A DNA stretch of 44,874 bases from a virus (Duplodnaviria; Caudoviricetes): positions 1 to 44,874 of the IMG/VR virus record IMGVR_UViG_3300016467_000490; one strand, given 5' to 3'. Within the stretch, counting starts at the first letter, position 1. Each line of letters opens with the position of its first letter. Below the pieces are notes generated by a model. The model saw only the letters and a program-made list of their open reading frames with translations, was not told the origin of the DNA and searched no databases. Positions 1 through 8,807 of this stretch are shown here, in pieces. The position numbers were made by a program, and so were the translations under genes.

Positions 1-38
1 GACTGGTGTGGCGACCATCGCGTGGACGAGAACAAGGT

Positions 39-263
39 ATGAAGTTCCGCAAAAAACCAGTGATCATCGAGGCCACGCAGTGGTTCAAGATGGGAGACCA
101 TCCAAAGGTCTTCATGGGGCAACTCAGCGACAGGCCGCGCATCGACACATTGGAAGGCCCAATGTTCGTCGATGTTGGCGACTGGATCATCACCGGAGTG
201 AAGGGCGAACACTACCCGTGCAAGCCCGACATCTTCGAAGCAACGTATGAAAGGATCGAATGA
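39..263 (+). CDS. small phage protein (MKFRKKPVIIEA...TLEG..M....GDWII.GV.GE.YPCKPDIF family)
   Basis: ATG at 39 after AAGG; recognisable widespread phage motif; stop overlaps next start (ATGA). Confidence 0.8.
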   Translation: MKFRKKPVIIEATQWFKMGDHPKVFMGQLSDRPRIDTLEGPMFVDVGDWIITGVKGEHYPCKPDIFEATYERIE

Positions 264-430
264 TGGACAGTCTTGGATCACTGCTCATTTTCGCGTGGGT
301 TGTTGCCGCCTGGCTCACCCACGTCATCGTCTGCATCAGCACCAGTAAATGGGTCTTCCTGCTGGCTGGCGCAATCTTTTTTCCCATCGGTTGCGTGCAT
401 GGCACCGGTGTTTGGTTTGGAGCATTCTGA
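260..430 (+). CDS. small membrane protein, 56 aa (not in ORF track)
   Basis: MMDSLGSLLIFAWVVAAWLTHVIVCISTSKWVFLLAGAIFFPIGCVHGTGVWFGAF; two hydrophobic segments; start and stop overlap both neighbours. Confidence 0.7.
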   Translation: MMDSLGSLLIFAWVVAAWLTHVIVCISTSKWVFLLAGAIFFPIGCVHGTGVWFGAF

Positions 431-1185
431 TGATGGCCAAAGAACCTCGCGCCAGCGAGAGCAATCACTGGTACACGCGCGACGGCGTGCCGCGATACAC
501 CGTCATCGGCGCCAACGGCAAGGAGCGCAACACAACCCTGCGTGACGCGCGGAAAGAGAACCTGGTGCCATCAGTCACCACGATTCTCAATGTGGCGTCA
601 AAGCCGGCCCTGATCCAGTGGCTGCAAAAGCAGGTACTGATGGCCGCGCTCACGCTGCCCAGGCGAGACGGCGAGCCCGAGGACGACTACATCGCCCGGA
701 TCATGGACGACAGCAAAGAGCAGGGGCGTGCCGCTGCTGACGCTGGCACCGAAATCCACGCCTCGATCCAGTCGTTCTACGAAGGTGTGCCCACCAGCCG
801 CCACGAGGAGCACGTCAAGGCCACTGTGAACGCCCTGGATGGCCATTTCGGCCGCCAGGCATGGATCGCCGAGCGAGCCTTTGCCCATGAGGTTGGGTTC
901 GGCGGCAAGGTCGACCTGCATGCGGCCAACATCGTGGTCGACGTGAAGACCAAGGACTTCACAGACCCCAGCAAAGTCGACGCGTATGAAGATCACCTCA
1001 TGCAGTTGGCAGCCTACCGTGTTGGCCTTGGCATGCCCTCAGCCCGGTGCGCGAACGTGTTTGTGTCTCGATCGGTCCCAGGACTCGTCAAAATAGCGGA
1101 GTGGGATCAGGCGGACCTCGAGCGCGGCTGGAATATGTTCCACGCACTGCTGACGTTCTGGCAGATAAAGAATCAACACAGGTGA
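430..1185 (+). CDS. PD-(D/E)XK family exonuclease (Cas4/lambda-exo-like phage nuclease)
   Basis: PSVTTIL, GTEIH, E...GFGGKVDL, VVDVKT, QLAAY motifs; start at TGATG overlap. Confidence 0.8.
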   Translation: MMAKEPRASESNHWYTRDGVPRYTVIGANGKERNTTLRDARKENLVPSVTTILNVASKPALIQWLQKQVLMAALTLPRRDGEPEDDYIARIMDDSKEQGRAAADAGTEIHASIQSFYEGVPTSRHEEHVKATVNALDGHFGRQAWIAERAFAHEVGFGGKVDLHAANIVVDVKTKDFTDPSKVDAYEDHLMQLAAYRVGLGMPSARCANVFVSRSVPGLVKIAEWDQADLERGWNMFHALLTFWQIKNQHR

Positions 1186-1188
1186 ATC

Positions 1189-1401
1189 ATGGAACAGATC
1201 AAAGCATTCAAGACGTCAGACGGATCGATATTTGATGATCAAATTAAAGCGGAGAAGCATGAGGAGTTTCTCAAGCACTCATGTATCGTGGAAGAATTTC
1301 TGGACAGCGACCTCAATCCATATAACGGGCCACAGCGAGTCATCGCTCGCAACTCAATCATCAACTGGCAACTTTGGAAGACAAAAAATGCAACTGAGTG
1401 A
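1189..1401 (+). CDS. hypothetical protein (AFKTSDGSIFDD..AE.HE motif)
   Basis: AGGTG RBS then ATG; typical small phage protein. Confidence 0.7.
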   Translation: MEQIKAFKTSDGSIFDDQIKAEKHEEFLKHSCIVEEFLDSDLNPYNGPQRVIARNSIINWQLWKTKNATE

Positions 1402-1624
1402 AGAAACCATCAAGCAAATTTTTTTCCACAGCGACGCGCCCCGCAAGGACGCCATGCTGGCCGACGAAGTCGACATCGTTCAGTTCGCTGAGAAGATCGC
1501 CGACTACGTGACCAGGGAGGCCATGCTCAAGGAGCGCAGCGAGTGCATCAAGTTCGTCCGATCGCTGAACAGCACGGTGGCGGATGCGCTCGAGGCCAAC
1601 CGGCCGCTGATCTTGAGCCGATAA
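1388..1624 (+). CDS. hypothetical protein
   Basis: ATG at 1388 after GGAAG; MQLSEETIKQIFF...; ends at terminator. Confidence 0.65.
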   Translation: MQLSEETIKQIFFHSDAPRKDAMLADEVDIVQFAEKIADYVTREAMLKERSECIKFVRSLNSTVADALEANRPLILSR

Positions 1625-1648
1625 AAAAAGCCCCCCGTGAGGGGGGCT
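1623..1648 (-). terminator. intrinsic terminator between convergent units
   Basis: AGCCCCCC-GTGA-GGGGGGCT 8-bp stem; A7 tract gives a U-tract on the minus strand. Confidence 0.85.
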
Positions 1649-1663
1649 AAGATGGCAACGCAA

Positions 1664-3451
1664 TCACATGTGGTAGCGGCCGTACTCGTCTCGTCTGAGT
1701 CCAGAGACGGAGGCGAGCGGCCCGCCGGTCGGCACCCTGGGCTGCTGCGGCCGGCTTTCTTGAGGCTTACGCGACGAGTAGAGGTCGATCAGGAGCTTTG
1801 CAGCGCTCCCGCCAATACCCAGGGCCTTCAGGAAAGCGGTCACCGGCGTGGCCGGCGGCAGGGCCGCCATGCCGTTCAGGATGATGTCGATCCCAGAGCT
1901 TACCATGCGGCCCTTGTCGCCCTTCTGGTAGGCGTCGACGATGTCGTAGGCACTCAGGCCCAGGCCAAGCCCTGACAGGGCGCCAATTGTCTTTCCTGCG
2001 ACCTTCTGGGCCGCTATGCCGGCGCGGCCAACCCGGCCAGGCATGGCCTCTTGCGCCTTGCGTGCAGCCTCCTGGGCGGCGGCCTGCCTGTTGGATGCCG
2101 CGATCAAGTCCTCGGTGGTGGCGATCTTGGCCTTGCCCATCCCCTTCTCGGCCGACTCTCGCAGCTTGCGGGCACTCTCCACCTCGCTGCGGGCTGCGTC
2201 TGCCTGGGCTTGCAGGTCGGAAACCTTCTGGCCAGCCAGGGACCGGGCGGACTCGGAGGTGGCAATTTTTTCCGCAGCCAGCTCCGGCGGCAGGTAAATG
2301 TTCCCGGCGGACGGCACGGGCTTGGCTCCGGGCATCATCTTCTGGACCTTGGCCTCTTGCTGGCGCCCCTTGGACATCTCGTCCCAGGCCCCGCCAGGAC
2401 CCTTGCTCATGTCGACGGCACGGGCGGCATCGATGTCGCTGGCCCCAAAGGCCTTCGCGTAGTTGTAGGCACCACCACCCCCTGCCGGCGGCGGTTCGAG
2501 CGCAGCAGCGGCCGATTTGGCCTGCTCCAGCGCCTTCTCGAGGTTGGCCAGGGTCTTTTGTTTGGCCGCAAGATCGCCCTCAGCCTTGGCCAACAGCTCG
2601 GCTGCCGACGATCCGCGCGTCTGGGCGGCGCTGGCGGCCGTCTGGAGGTTGACCTTGGCGTCAGCCAGGGCGTCCCTGGCACGCTGTGCACGCTCCTCGA
2701 GCATGTTGATCTTCATGCTGCCAGCGGTGCCAGCCATTGCGCCTGCAACGGCGCCAACACCGCCCGCGATGGCGCGATCCTCGTTGCTCAGAATGTCGCC
2801 GGCAGCGGTGGCCATGCGCTCGCCCAGGCCGGCAGGCTTGCGGGCGGTCGGCTTCTCCGGCTCGATGTCGCCGATCTGCGGCACTTCGCCAAATGCGTTG
2901 CCGGATGGCTCGCGCGGCTCCTCTGACCCCTGCTGCGGAGCTCTTCCGGCGGGGGCTTCGAATTGATCTATCTGGGGCACATCGCCGAAGGCGTTGGTGT
3001 TCAGCGATGCCATGCCAAGCGGCCGGGCCTGGTTGACGTTCTGGAGGTACTTCTTGGTCTCTTCAGGTAAGACGCTCAGGTCCTCGTTGCCCTCGACAAA
3101 CTGCATCGCGATCGATGGCCGGGCGTTGTACGCAACCAGGGCCGCACGCTCGTTGCCGCCGAATCGCTTCAGGTTTTCGCGAAGCAGACGGATGCCTGCA
3201 CGGATGTTGGTCTTGACGTCGTGCAGCTCGTGCGGGTCCAGGCCAAGGCCGGAGGCGTTGGACTCCATGATCTGCATGGGACCAATTGCGTGGCCAAACC
3301 TCGTTTTGGGACCGATCACATTCGGCTGGAATCGACTCTCCTGCCAGCCCACTGCAAGAGCCAGCTCGGGGTCGATGTTCATGTTTCGGGCTTCTTCGGC
3401 AATGGCTTGAGCCACCGCCTTCTGCTCACCTGTCAGGTTTCCAAAATCCAT
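1664..3451 (-). CDS. virion lytic transglycosylase (SLT domain) / ejection protein
   Basis: N-terminal IDPELALAVGWQESRF...AIGPMQIM...NIRAG...ALVAYN...ETKKY motifs, then coiled coil and Gly/Ala hydrophobic helices. Confidence 0.85.
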   Translation of the reverse strand: MDFGNLTGEQKAVAQAIAEEARNMNIDPELALAVGWQESRFQPNVIGPKTRFGHAIGPMQIMESNASGLGLDPHELHDVKTNIRAGIRLLRENLKRFGGNERAALVAYNARPSIAMQFVEGNEDLSVLPEETKKYLQNVNQARPLGMASLNTNAFGDVPQIDQFEAPAGRAPQQGSEEPREPSGNAFGEVPQIGDIEPEKPTARKPAGLGERMATAAGDILSNEDRAIAGGVGAVAGAMAGTAGSMKINMLEERAQRARDALADAKVNLQTAASAAQTRGSSAAELLAKAEGDLAAKQKTLANLEKALEQAKSAAAALEPPPAGGGGAYNYAKAFGASDIDAARAVDMSKGPGGAWDEMSKGRQQEAKVQKMMPGAKPVPSAGNIYLPPELAAEKIATSESARSLAGQKVSDLQAQADAARSEVESARKLRESAEKGMGKAKIATTEDLIAASNRQAAAQEAARKAQEAMPGRVGRAGIAAQKVAGKTIGALSGLGLGLSAYDIVDAYQKGDKGRMVSSGIDIILNGMAALPPATPVTAFLKALGIGGSAAKLLIDLYSSRKPQESRPQQPRVPTGGPLASVSGLRRDEYGRYHM

Positions 3452-3462
3452 GACAATGCCTC

Positions 3463-5100
3463 TCAGCGACGAATTTGTGACTCAAGGGGGCCAGGTGCCC
3501 CAGGCCGGGCTTCGCGACGGCCAAAGGCCTGTTTGTACAAGCCCTCTGCATACTTCTCGCGATCGTCTTTGAGCTTGCGCAACTCCTCGCTGCTCTCAAA
3601 GTCTCGAGCAAACTTGTTCGGGTTCTTCTCGGCCCAGCGGTCGTAGAGCTGCTTGCGCTTCTCGTTGAACATCGCCTCGAGCTTGGTCATCTCCGCAAGC
3701 AGGATGTAAGCCGTGGGGTTCAGGTGCGGGTTGGGTCCAAGGCGGTTCAGCATCTCCTGCTCGAAGTTACTGATGGAGCCGCTGCCCTTGAGCAGAGCAC
3801 GGGACTCAAGCGCAAACTGGCCAGCGTCTCGCAGCAGACTCTGATACGCCGCAATCTGTCTTTCGGTGACGGGCGATCCATCCTCGTTCTTGAGGTTGAG
3901 CAACTTGAACTCTTCGATGCCAGGCACTTCGATCGTGTTGCCCATGATGCGAACACCCTTGGCAATCAGGTTTGCAAACGCACTGCCAGGCTGTTGCAAG
4001 AGGCCAAACACTTTTTTGTATTCAGGGTCTTTGGCCAGAGCAATACCTCGCTCAGACATACCTTTGATCTTCGAAGCCTGGGCCGCTTGAGTCGTGTATT
4101 GATTGACTCGCTCGGCTTCATCTTTGACAGCAGCAGTATCTCGCTCGCCTTGCACTCTCGCCGCGCGCTCACGCTCCTCCGGCGTTTTCATCTCGGGAGC
4201 GGCTCCTGCGCCAGGCGCTGCCGCTGCCCCGCCCGCCGGAGCTCCGCCTGCCGGTGCGCCAGCGCTTCGAATCCAGCCTTGACGCGCATAGTACTGGGCC
4301 AGCTCTCGGTCTTGCTGGTCCTGCGGCAGGTTCTTTTCGATGATCGCCTCGACGGCCCTGCGCTGCTTCTCTGTGATCGTCTTCTTGCCAATGATTGGCA
4401 AGTCATACTCCTCGGGCTTCTTGTCAAATTTGACAACCCAAGAGTTGGTCGCGCTGTTGTAGATACCCTCGGTGGTCTCGATCAGGCTCTTGCGCTCGGT
4501 CTCAGAGAGCTTGTTCAAGAACTCGCCGAGGTCTTTGTCGACCATGCCCAGACGATAGATGTCGTCCACGGTGATGCGTCGAGCCGGCTCGCCACTGATC
4601 TGGGGTTGACCGCCAGGAATGCCGGGGCGAGCTTGCTGCTGACCTGCGCCGCCAGGCTGCCCAGGACGCTGCCCCAAGAATCCTTTGGACGAACCAAACC
4701 CGGCCAACAGGCCGAGCTTGTTCTCCATCATGCTGCGCTCGTATTCCTTCTGCGCGAGATCGAGTTTCTTCTGCTCGACCTCGGCACCACGCGCGGCTTC
4801 TTTTTGATACTCGTCCAAAAGCCCGCCCGCCACATTGCTCAGGCCCTCAGAGAATGACCCGGTTCTTGTTGGGCGCCCAGCTTCTTGAGCGATGCGCATC
4901 ATGATCGGATCAAACGGCAAAGAGGAGCGCTTCTCCAGGCTTTGACGCAGTCGCTCGATCTGCGAGTCAAGAGTCGCTCGACTCTTGCGCATGTTCTCCA
5001 TGTAGGCTTGAATGGGATCGGCCTGCTGAGGAGCCGCTTGCTGTTGCGGCTCTTCTTGGACTTCCTCGGCTTGAGCGACTTGTTGGAGAGGACTTGGCAT
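3463..5100 (-). CDS. internal virion / DNA ejection protein
   Basis: start MPSPLQQ at 5100 after AGGTGG; Gln/Gly-rich, helical, GSISNFE motif typical of ejection proteins; position. Confidence 0.6.
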   Translation of the reverse strand: MPSPLQQVAQAEEVQEEPQQQAAPQQADPIQAYMENMRKSRATLDSQIERLRQSLEKRSSLPFDPIMMRIAQEAGRPTRTGSFSEGLSNVAGGLLDEYQKEAARGAEVEQKKLDLAQKEYERSMMENKLGLLAGFGSSKGFLGQRPGQPGGAGQQQARPGIPGGQPQISGEPARRITVDDIYRLGMVDKDLGEFLNKLSETERKSLIETTEGIYNSATNSWVVKFDKKPEEYDLPIIGKKTITEKQRRAVEAIIEKNLPQDQQDRELAQYYARQGWIRSAGAPAGGAPAGGAAAAPGAGAAPEMKTPEERERAARVQGERDTAAVKDEAERVNQYTTQAAQASKIKGMSERGIALAKDPEYKKVFGLLQQPGSAFANLIAKGVRIMGNTIEVPGIEEFKLLNLKNEDGSPVTERQIAAYQSLLRDAGQFALESRALLKGSGSISNFEQEMLNRLGPNPHLNPTAYILLAEMTKLEAMFNEKRKQLYDRWAEKNPNKFARDFESSEELRKLKDDREKYAEGLYKQAFGRREARPGAPGPLESQIRR

Positions 5101-5101
5101 A

Positions 5102-6109
5102 TCAACCCACCTGATTTCCGAAGTTGTCATAAACATAGCCATCATCACCAAGGATGAGGCTGCCATCGCCCATTTCGCTGTCGTCTGGGCTTTCGATCAC
5201 GCCACCTTCGGCCTTGCCGAGCGTGCTGGTGTTGGAGCCGCCACTGGTTGCGTTGAAGATGCCCGCAAGTTGAGAAGGGTCTCCGCCGTTCATGACGGAC
5301 TGAATCACGGCAGCAAGTTGCGTGAGCTGCATCAACGGGCTGTTCGTGAAGTTGCCAGCCTGCCCAGGCTGAATTGATTGTCTCACTGTACCGGTTGGGA
5401 TTTGCTGCCCGCCAAGCAACCCAGAGTAGAACTTGGCCTGCTGCATGGGGTAGTCAAGTTCGGTCTGGGCTTGCTTCTGCTGAAGAGAGCCAAGATTGGA
5501 CAACGTCGTCAGCGCACCCGTGCCGACGTTCTGCTGGGTTTGGCCAAGCTGAGTCAGACCTTGGCCAGCCGTGATGCCTCGATTCAAGTCCGTCTGGGCG
5601 TTTTGAATGGCCTGCTGGTACTCATCCCCCAGCACTTTCATTTGGCGGCCATACAGGTCGGTGGAGATGTCTCGCAGCGCCTGGCCAGTGATGTTGGCCT
5701 GACGCTGAGAGCCAAAGTTTCCACTGGAAATTGCGCCGGCCTGGATGCCGGGCAACACGGTCTCCCTGACGCCTCGCTCTACAAGGCGACCCATCTCATC
5801 AGTGATGTACTTGTTGAATGGGTTCATGTACGCACTGGCGATCGCCGGCGCGCCCGTGTAGCCCGCCTGGGTCAGCATGTCCTGCGCGGTGCCAAGTGAA
5901 CCAGCGCCAGCGAAAGAGGTCTCGGGCGCCATGTTGAGCGCCTGCTGCTGCAGCGGGCTCAGGCCGGCCACGCCGCCCTGCATGACGGCGTTCTGACCAA
6001 GGTTGGTGACGTCCTGGAGGTAGTTGCTGTAAAACTCTGGGACAGTTGTCTGAGTCTGCTCGCCACTGATGGTTGCAGGAAGCGCGGCGCCTTGGAGTAG
6101 ATCAGCCAT
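5102..6109 (-). CDS. DNA transfer / pilot (ejection) protein
   Basis: Gln/Gly-rich, AYMNPF and SGNFGSQRQ motifs typical of podovirus ejection proteins; GGAGG RBS. Confidence 0.65.
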   Translation of the reverse strand: MADLLQGAALPATISGEQTQTTVPEFYSNYLQDVTNLGQNAVMQGGVAGLSPLQQQALNMAPETSFAGAGSLGTAQDMLTQAGYTGAPAIASAYMNPFNKYITDEMGRLVERGVRETVLPGIQAGAISSGNFGSQRQANITGQALRDISTDLYGRQMKVLGDEYQQAIQNAQTDLNRGITAGQGLTQLGQTQQNVGTGALTTLSNLGSLQQKQAQTELDYPMQQAKFYSGLLGGQQIPTGTVRQSIQPGQAGNFTNSPLMQLTQLAAVIQSVMNGGDPSQLAGIFNATSGGSNTSTLGKAEGGVIESPDDSEMGDGSLILGDDGYVYDNFGNQVG

Positions 6110-8798
6110 TTTTGGCCTCCTTCAGGTACGTCAGGGGTGACTTGGATTTGGGTGGAATTTTATTCAGCGGAGCCGACCGCTTGTGCTTGCGAACCTGCTC
6201 GCGGAACTTGTCCAGTAACTCGGCTCCGGCCTTTGTGGAGCCGTTGCCAAGCATTGACACCAGCTCGGCGTCGATCACGTACTCGCCGTCAGCCAGCATG
6301 GCCGGAATGTCATCAGACTGGCCGTCGCCGGCGCCGGTGACTCGAGAGCCTTCTCGGTAGTCGTGCCGACCTTGGACCACAGGCACGCCAGATTCCGGGT
6401 GCACAGCGCGGGTCAATCCGCCGCGCTTGCGCTCGATACCCAGGTTCTGGTACGGGTCCACAGGCGCACCGTAGGTGTAGTGCGTGAGGCCGCCGCTGGC
6501 CATGCCAGGCATCTTCATCGGCTGAGGCAGGGCGGGAGCGGGAGACGACTCGTATTGCTTGGAGTACCCGGGCACACCCAGGGCGGCATTCGTGGCGACC
6601 TGCTGCTGCGGCGCCATGGCTGTGGCCTCGCCAAGGGAGACCGTGCGAGCCGGACCCATTCCAAACGGAGTCGTGCGCGGAGCGATTTGCCCCACCTTGC
6701 TCATGTCGACACCCTTGTAGCTCTTGTCTGTGCCGCCACCCAAAACCTGCGACAGCAAGCCCGCCGTTACACCGCCCTGAATGATCGGGTTCTTGAGCAA
6801 AGTTCCGATTGAAGACAGCGGTCCCTTGCCAGCGGTGAATGCTTTTGAGATGTCCTCGCCAAGACGAGACAGAGAGAATGCATCGGGGACAACTTGATTG
6901 TTTTTGTCGTAGGTCGTCTTTTGGCCGCTGCGAGTGATCTCTTGCCTTGTGCCGTCTGGGTTGTAGACGGTTCTGACGATGTCAGTCGGCATGGCAAACT
7001 GCGCGGCAGCCTCGGGATCATCGCCGTTGAGGGCGGCCTCGCGAGCGTCATCCGTGATGTCGTAGCCGTTGGGGTCTGTGACCTTGACAATCTTTCCTTC
7101 GGTGTCGCGATAAATGTTGATCCCGTCAGGCGTTGTCTCTACGGTGCGGCCTTGGGCGTCAACAGCCCCGTCCCCGGCCCCGCCGCTGATGGTGCCGGTG
7201 CTGACCATGTCGCCAAATTCTCCGGCGTCACCGTAGTCTGCGGCATTCTCATAGTCGCCACCGCCCTCGTATTCGCTGGTGACGCCATAGTCACCAACGT
7301 CAGGCATGTCAGTGCTGCGAGCCTCCATTGCGACAGGCTCGTAGTCAGACGAGTAATCAATCCCGCTTGAATCAATCTCGCCAGCGTCAACCAGGCTGCC
7401 ATCCTCGAAACGAGGCAATCCATATTTCTTTTTCACTTTTGCAGTTCCCCCGTTTTTGAGGTGAGCCAAACCACCTTTTTTGCCAAAAAAATCACCCCAG
7501 TCGATCGAGTCCTCTGACTCTCCAGAATCAAAAGAGCCAAAGTCGAAGTCGTCATAGGAAGGGATGAAGCTGCCAAAGTCGATTTCATCAAAAGACGGCA
7601 GTTCGAAATAATCGCCAAGATCAGACAACGAAAGATCGCTGAAGTCAGGCAGATCAAATTCGCCAAAGTCAAATTGACTTGTGTCGAAATCGGGGATCAG
7701 GTCTGCGTACTCTCCGATGTTGATGTCGGGCAAAGACTCGACAAAGCTGCTGATGTCTTCGTCAGAAGAAAAGTCAGGCAGGTTTACACCGTACTCATTG
7801 AACGCGGACTCAAAATCAGACGTGACGTCTGTCAGCGATCCATCTGAGAGCTCGTACACATTGCCCGAGGTCTTGTCGTAGAAGAAATTGTCGCCAAGAT
7901 CGACGACATCAGGCTCAATGCCAAGATCGTTCGCAAGAGCAGTGTTGACGTCATCAACAGTTGCATCTGACTCTGCGTATTCGCCTTGCTGTCCCTCATC
8001 AGAGGCGACCTCTTCCGTCAGGTCCGGCTGCTCTTCTTCCGCAACAGTTGTGTCAGTCGGGTAATTGTTGAGATCATCAAACTCGCCAACCTCATCAGTT
8101 TGGTCTTGCAAATCCGTCTCATCCGTCTGCCCGATCTGATCTGTCTGATCGGTCTCTTCGGGCTGCTCTTCGCCCTGCTGGTCTGATGGCTCACCTCCTG
8201 CAACTCCTCCGCTCGTGGGCGCTTTTGTTGAAAGATTCTTTTGGGCTGCTGCTTTCAGTATTTGATTCAAAACAGACGCCGGCATTTTGGGCTTTTGCGC
8301 CCCAGGCTGGCTGGTTGGCTTTGACGTCAAAACCTCTTTCAGCTTGTTGAGCGCCATCGCGACGCCCGCCGATGCGGCGGCTGAGGGCGCCGACGACGCA
8401 GGCTTTTGTGCGGCAGGGGCACGGCCGCTCGAGCTAGAGCCGCCAGTCACCGCGTTGGCCACCTTGTCGACGATGCTGTCGCTCTTGCCACCAAGGATTT
8501 GATTCGCCACGTCCTTCGGCGACGATTCGCTCAAGCCGCCAAAAATAGCGGCCGCAGCCGCACCAAGGGCCGCTGCAGTTTTGGGGTCAAGGTTGGAACC
8601 CGATCCGGCCGGGTTGTATCCGGCGAGCATGTTGTACCCGGCACCGCTTCCTGGCGAGCGAATCGGGGACGCTGATGCCGCCGATGTGTTGGCCACGCTG
8701 GGCTGCTTGTATGCTGCGCGAGGAGCAACATCGGTCACCGCTTGCAGCGGGGATAAAAACAGCTTTCCTCGAGGAGTGGTGAAAGTGTTTGGTGGCAT
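6102..8798 (-). CDS. large internal virion protein with acidic tract and C-terminal tape-measure-type GDGQSDDIPAMLADGEYV domain
   Basis: 898-aa ORF, GAGGA RBS; low-complexity blocks separated by KKGG/KNGG/ASGG/KRGG motifs. Confidence 0.65.
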   Translation of the reverse strand: MPPNTFTTPRGKLFLSPLQAVTDVAPRAAYKQPSVANTSAASASPIRSPGSGAGYNMLAGYNPAGSGSNLDPKTAAALGAAAAAIFGGLSESSPKDVANQILGGKSDSIVDKVANAVTGGSSSSGRAPAAQKPASSAPSAAASAGVAMALNKLKEVLTSKPTSQPGAQKPKMPASVLNQILKAAAQKNLSTKAPTSGGVAGGEPSDQQGEEQPEETDQTDQIGQTDETDLQDQTDEVGEFDDLNNYPTDTTVAEEEQPDLTEEVASDEGQQGEYAESDATVDDVNTALANDLGIEPDVVDLGDNFFYDKTSGNVYELSDGSLTDVTSDFESAFNEYGVNLPDFSSDEDISSFVESLPDINIGEYADLIPDFDTSQFDFGEFDLPDFSDLSLSDLGDYFELPSFDEIDFGSFIPSYDDFDFGSFDSGESEDSIDWGDFFGKKGGLAHLKNGGTAKVKKKYGLPRFEDGSLVDAGEIDSSGIDYSSDYEPVAMEARSTDMPDVGDYGVTSEYEGGGDYENAADYGDAGEFGDMVSTGTISGGAGDGAVDAQGRTVETTPDGINIYRDTEGKIVKVTDPNGYDITDDAREAALNGDDPEAAAQFAMPTDIVRTVYNPDGTRQEITRSGQKTTYDKNNQVVPDAFSLSRLGEDISKAFTAGKGPLSSIGTLLKNPIIQGGVTAGLLSQVLGGGTDKSYKGVDMSKVGQIAPRTTPFGMGPARTVSLGEATAMAPQQQVATNAALGVPGYSKQYESSPAPALPQPMKMPGMASGGLTHYTYGAPVDPYQNLGIERKRGGLTRAVHPESGVPVVQGRHDYREGSRVTGAGDGQSDDIPAMLADGEYVIDAELVSMLGNGSTKAGAELLDKFREQVRKHKRSAPLNKIPPKSKSPLTYLKEAKNG

Positions 8799-8807
8799 GC
8801 TGTCCTC

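Noticed and set aside
430-1185. Cas4-like nuclease as sign of a CRISPR system
   Set aside because: Stand-alone PD-(D/E)XK nuclease common in phages; no cas genes or array, and no four-Cys cluster
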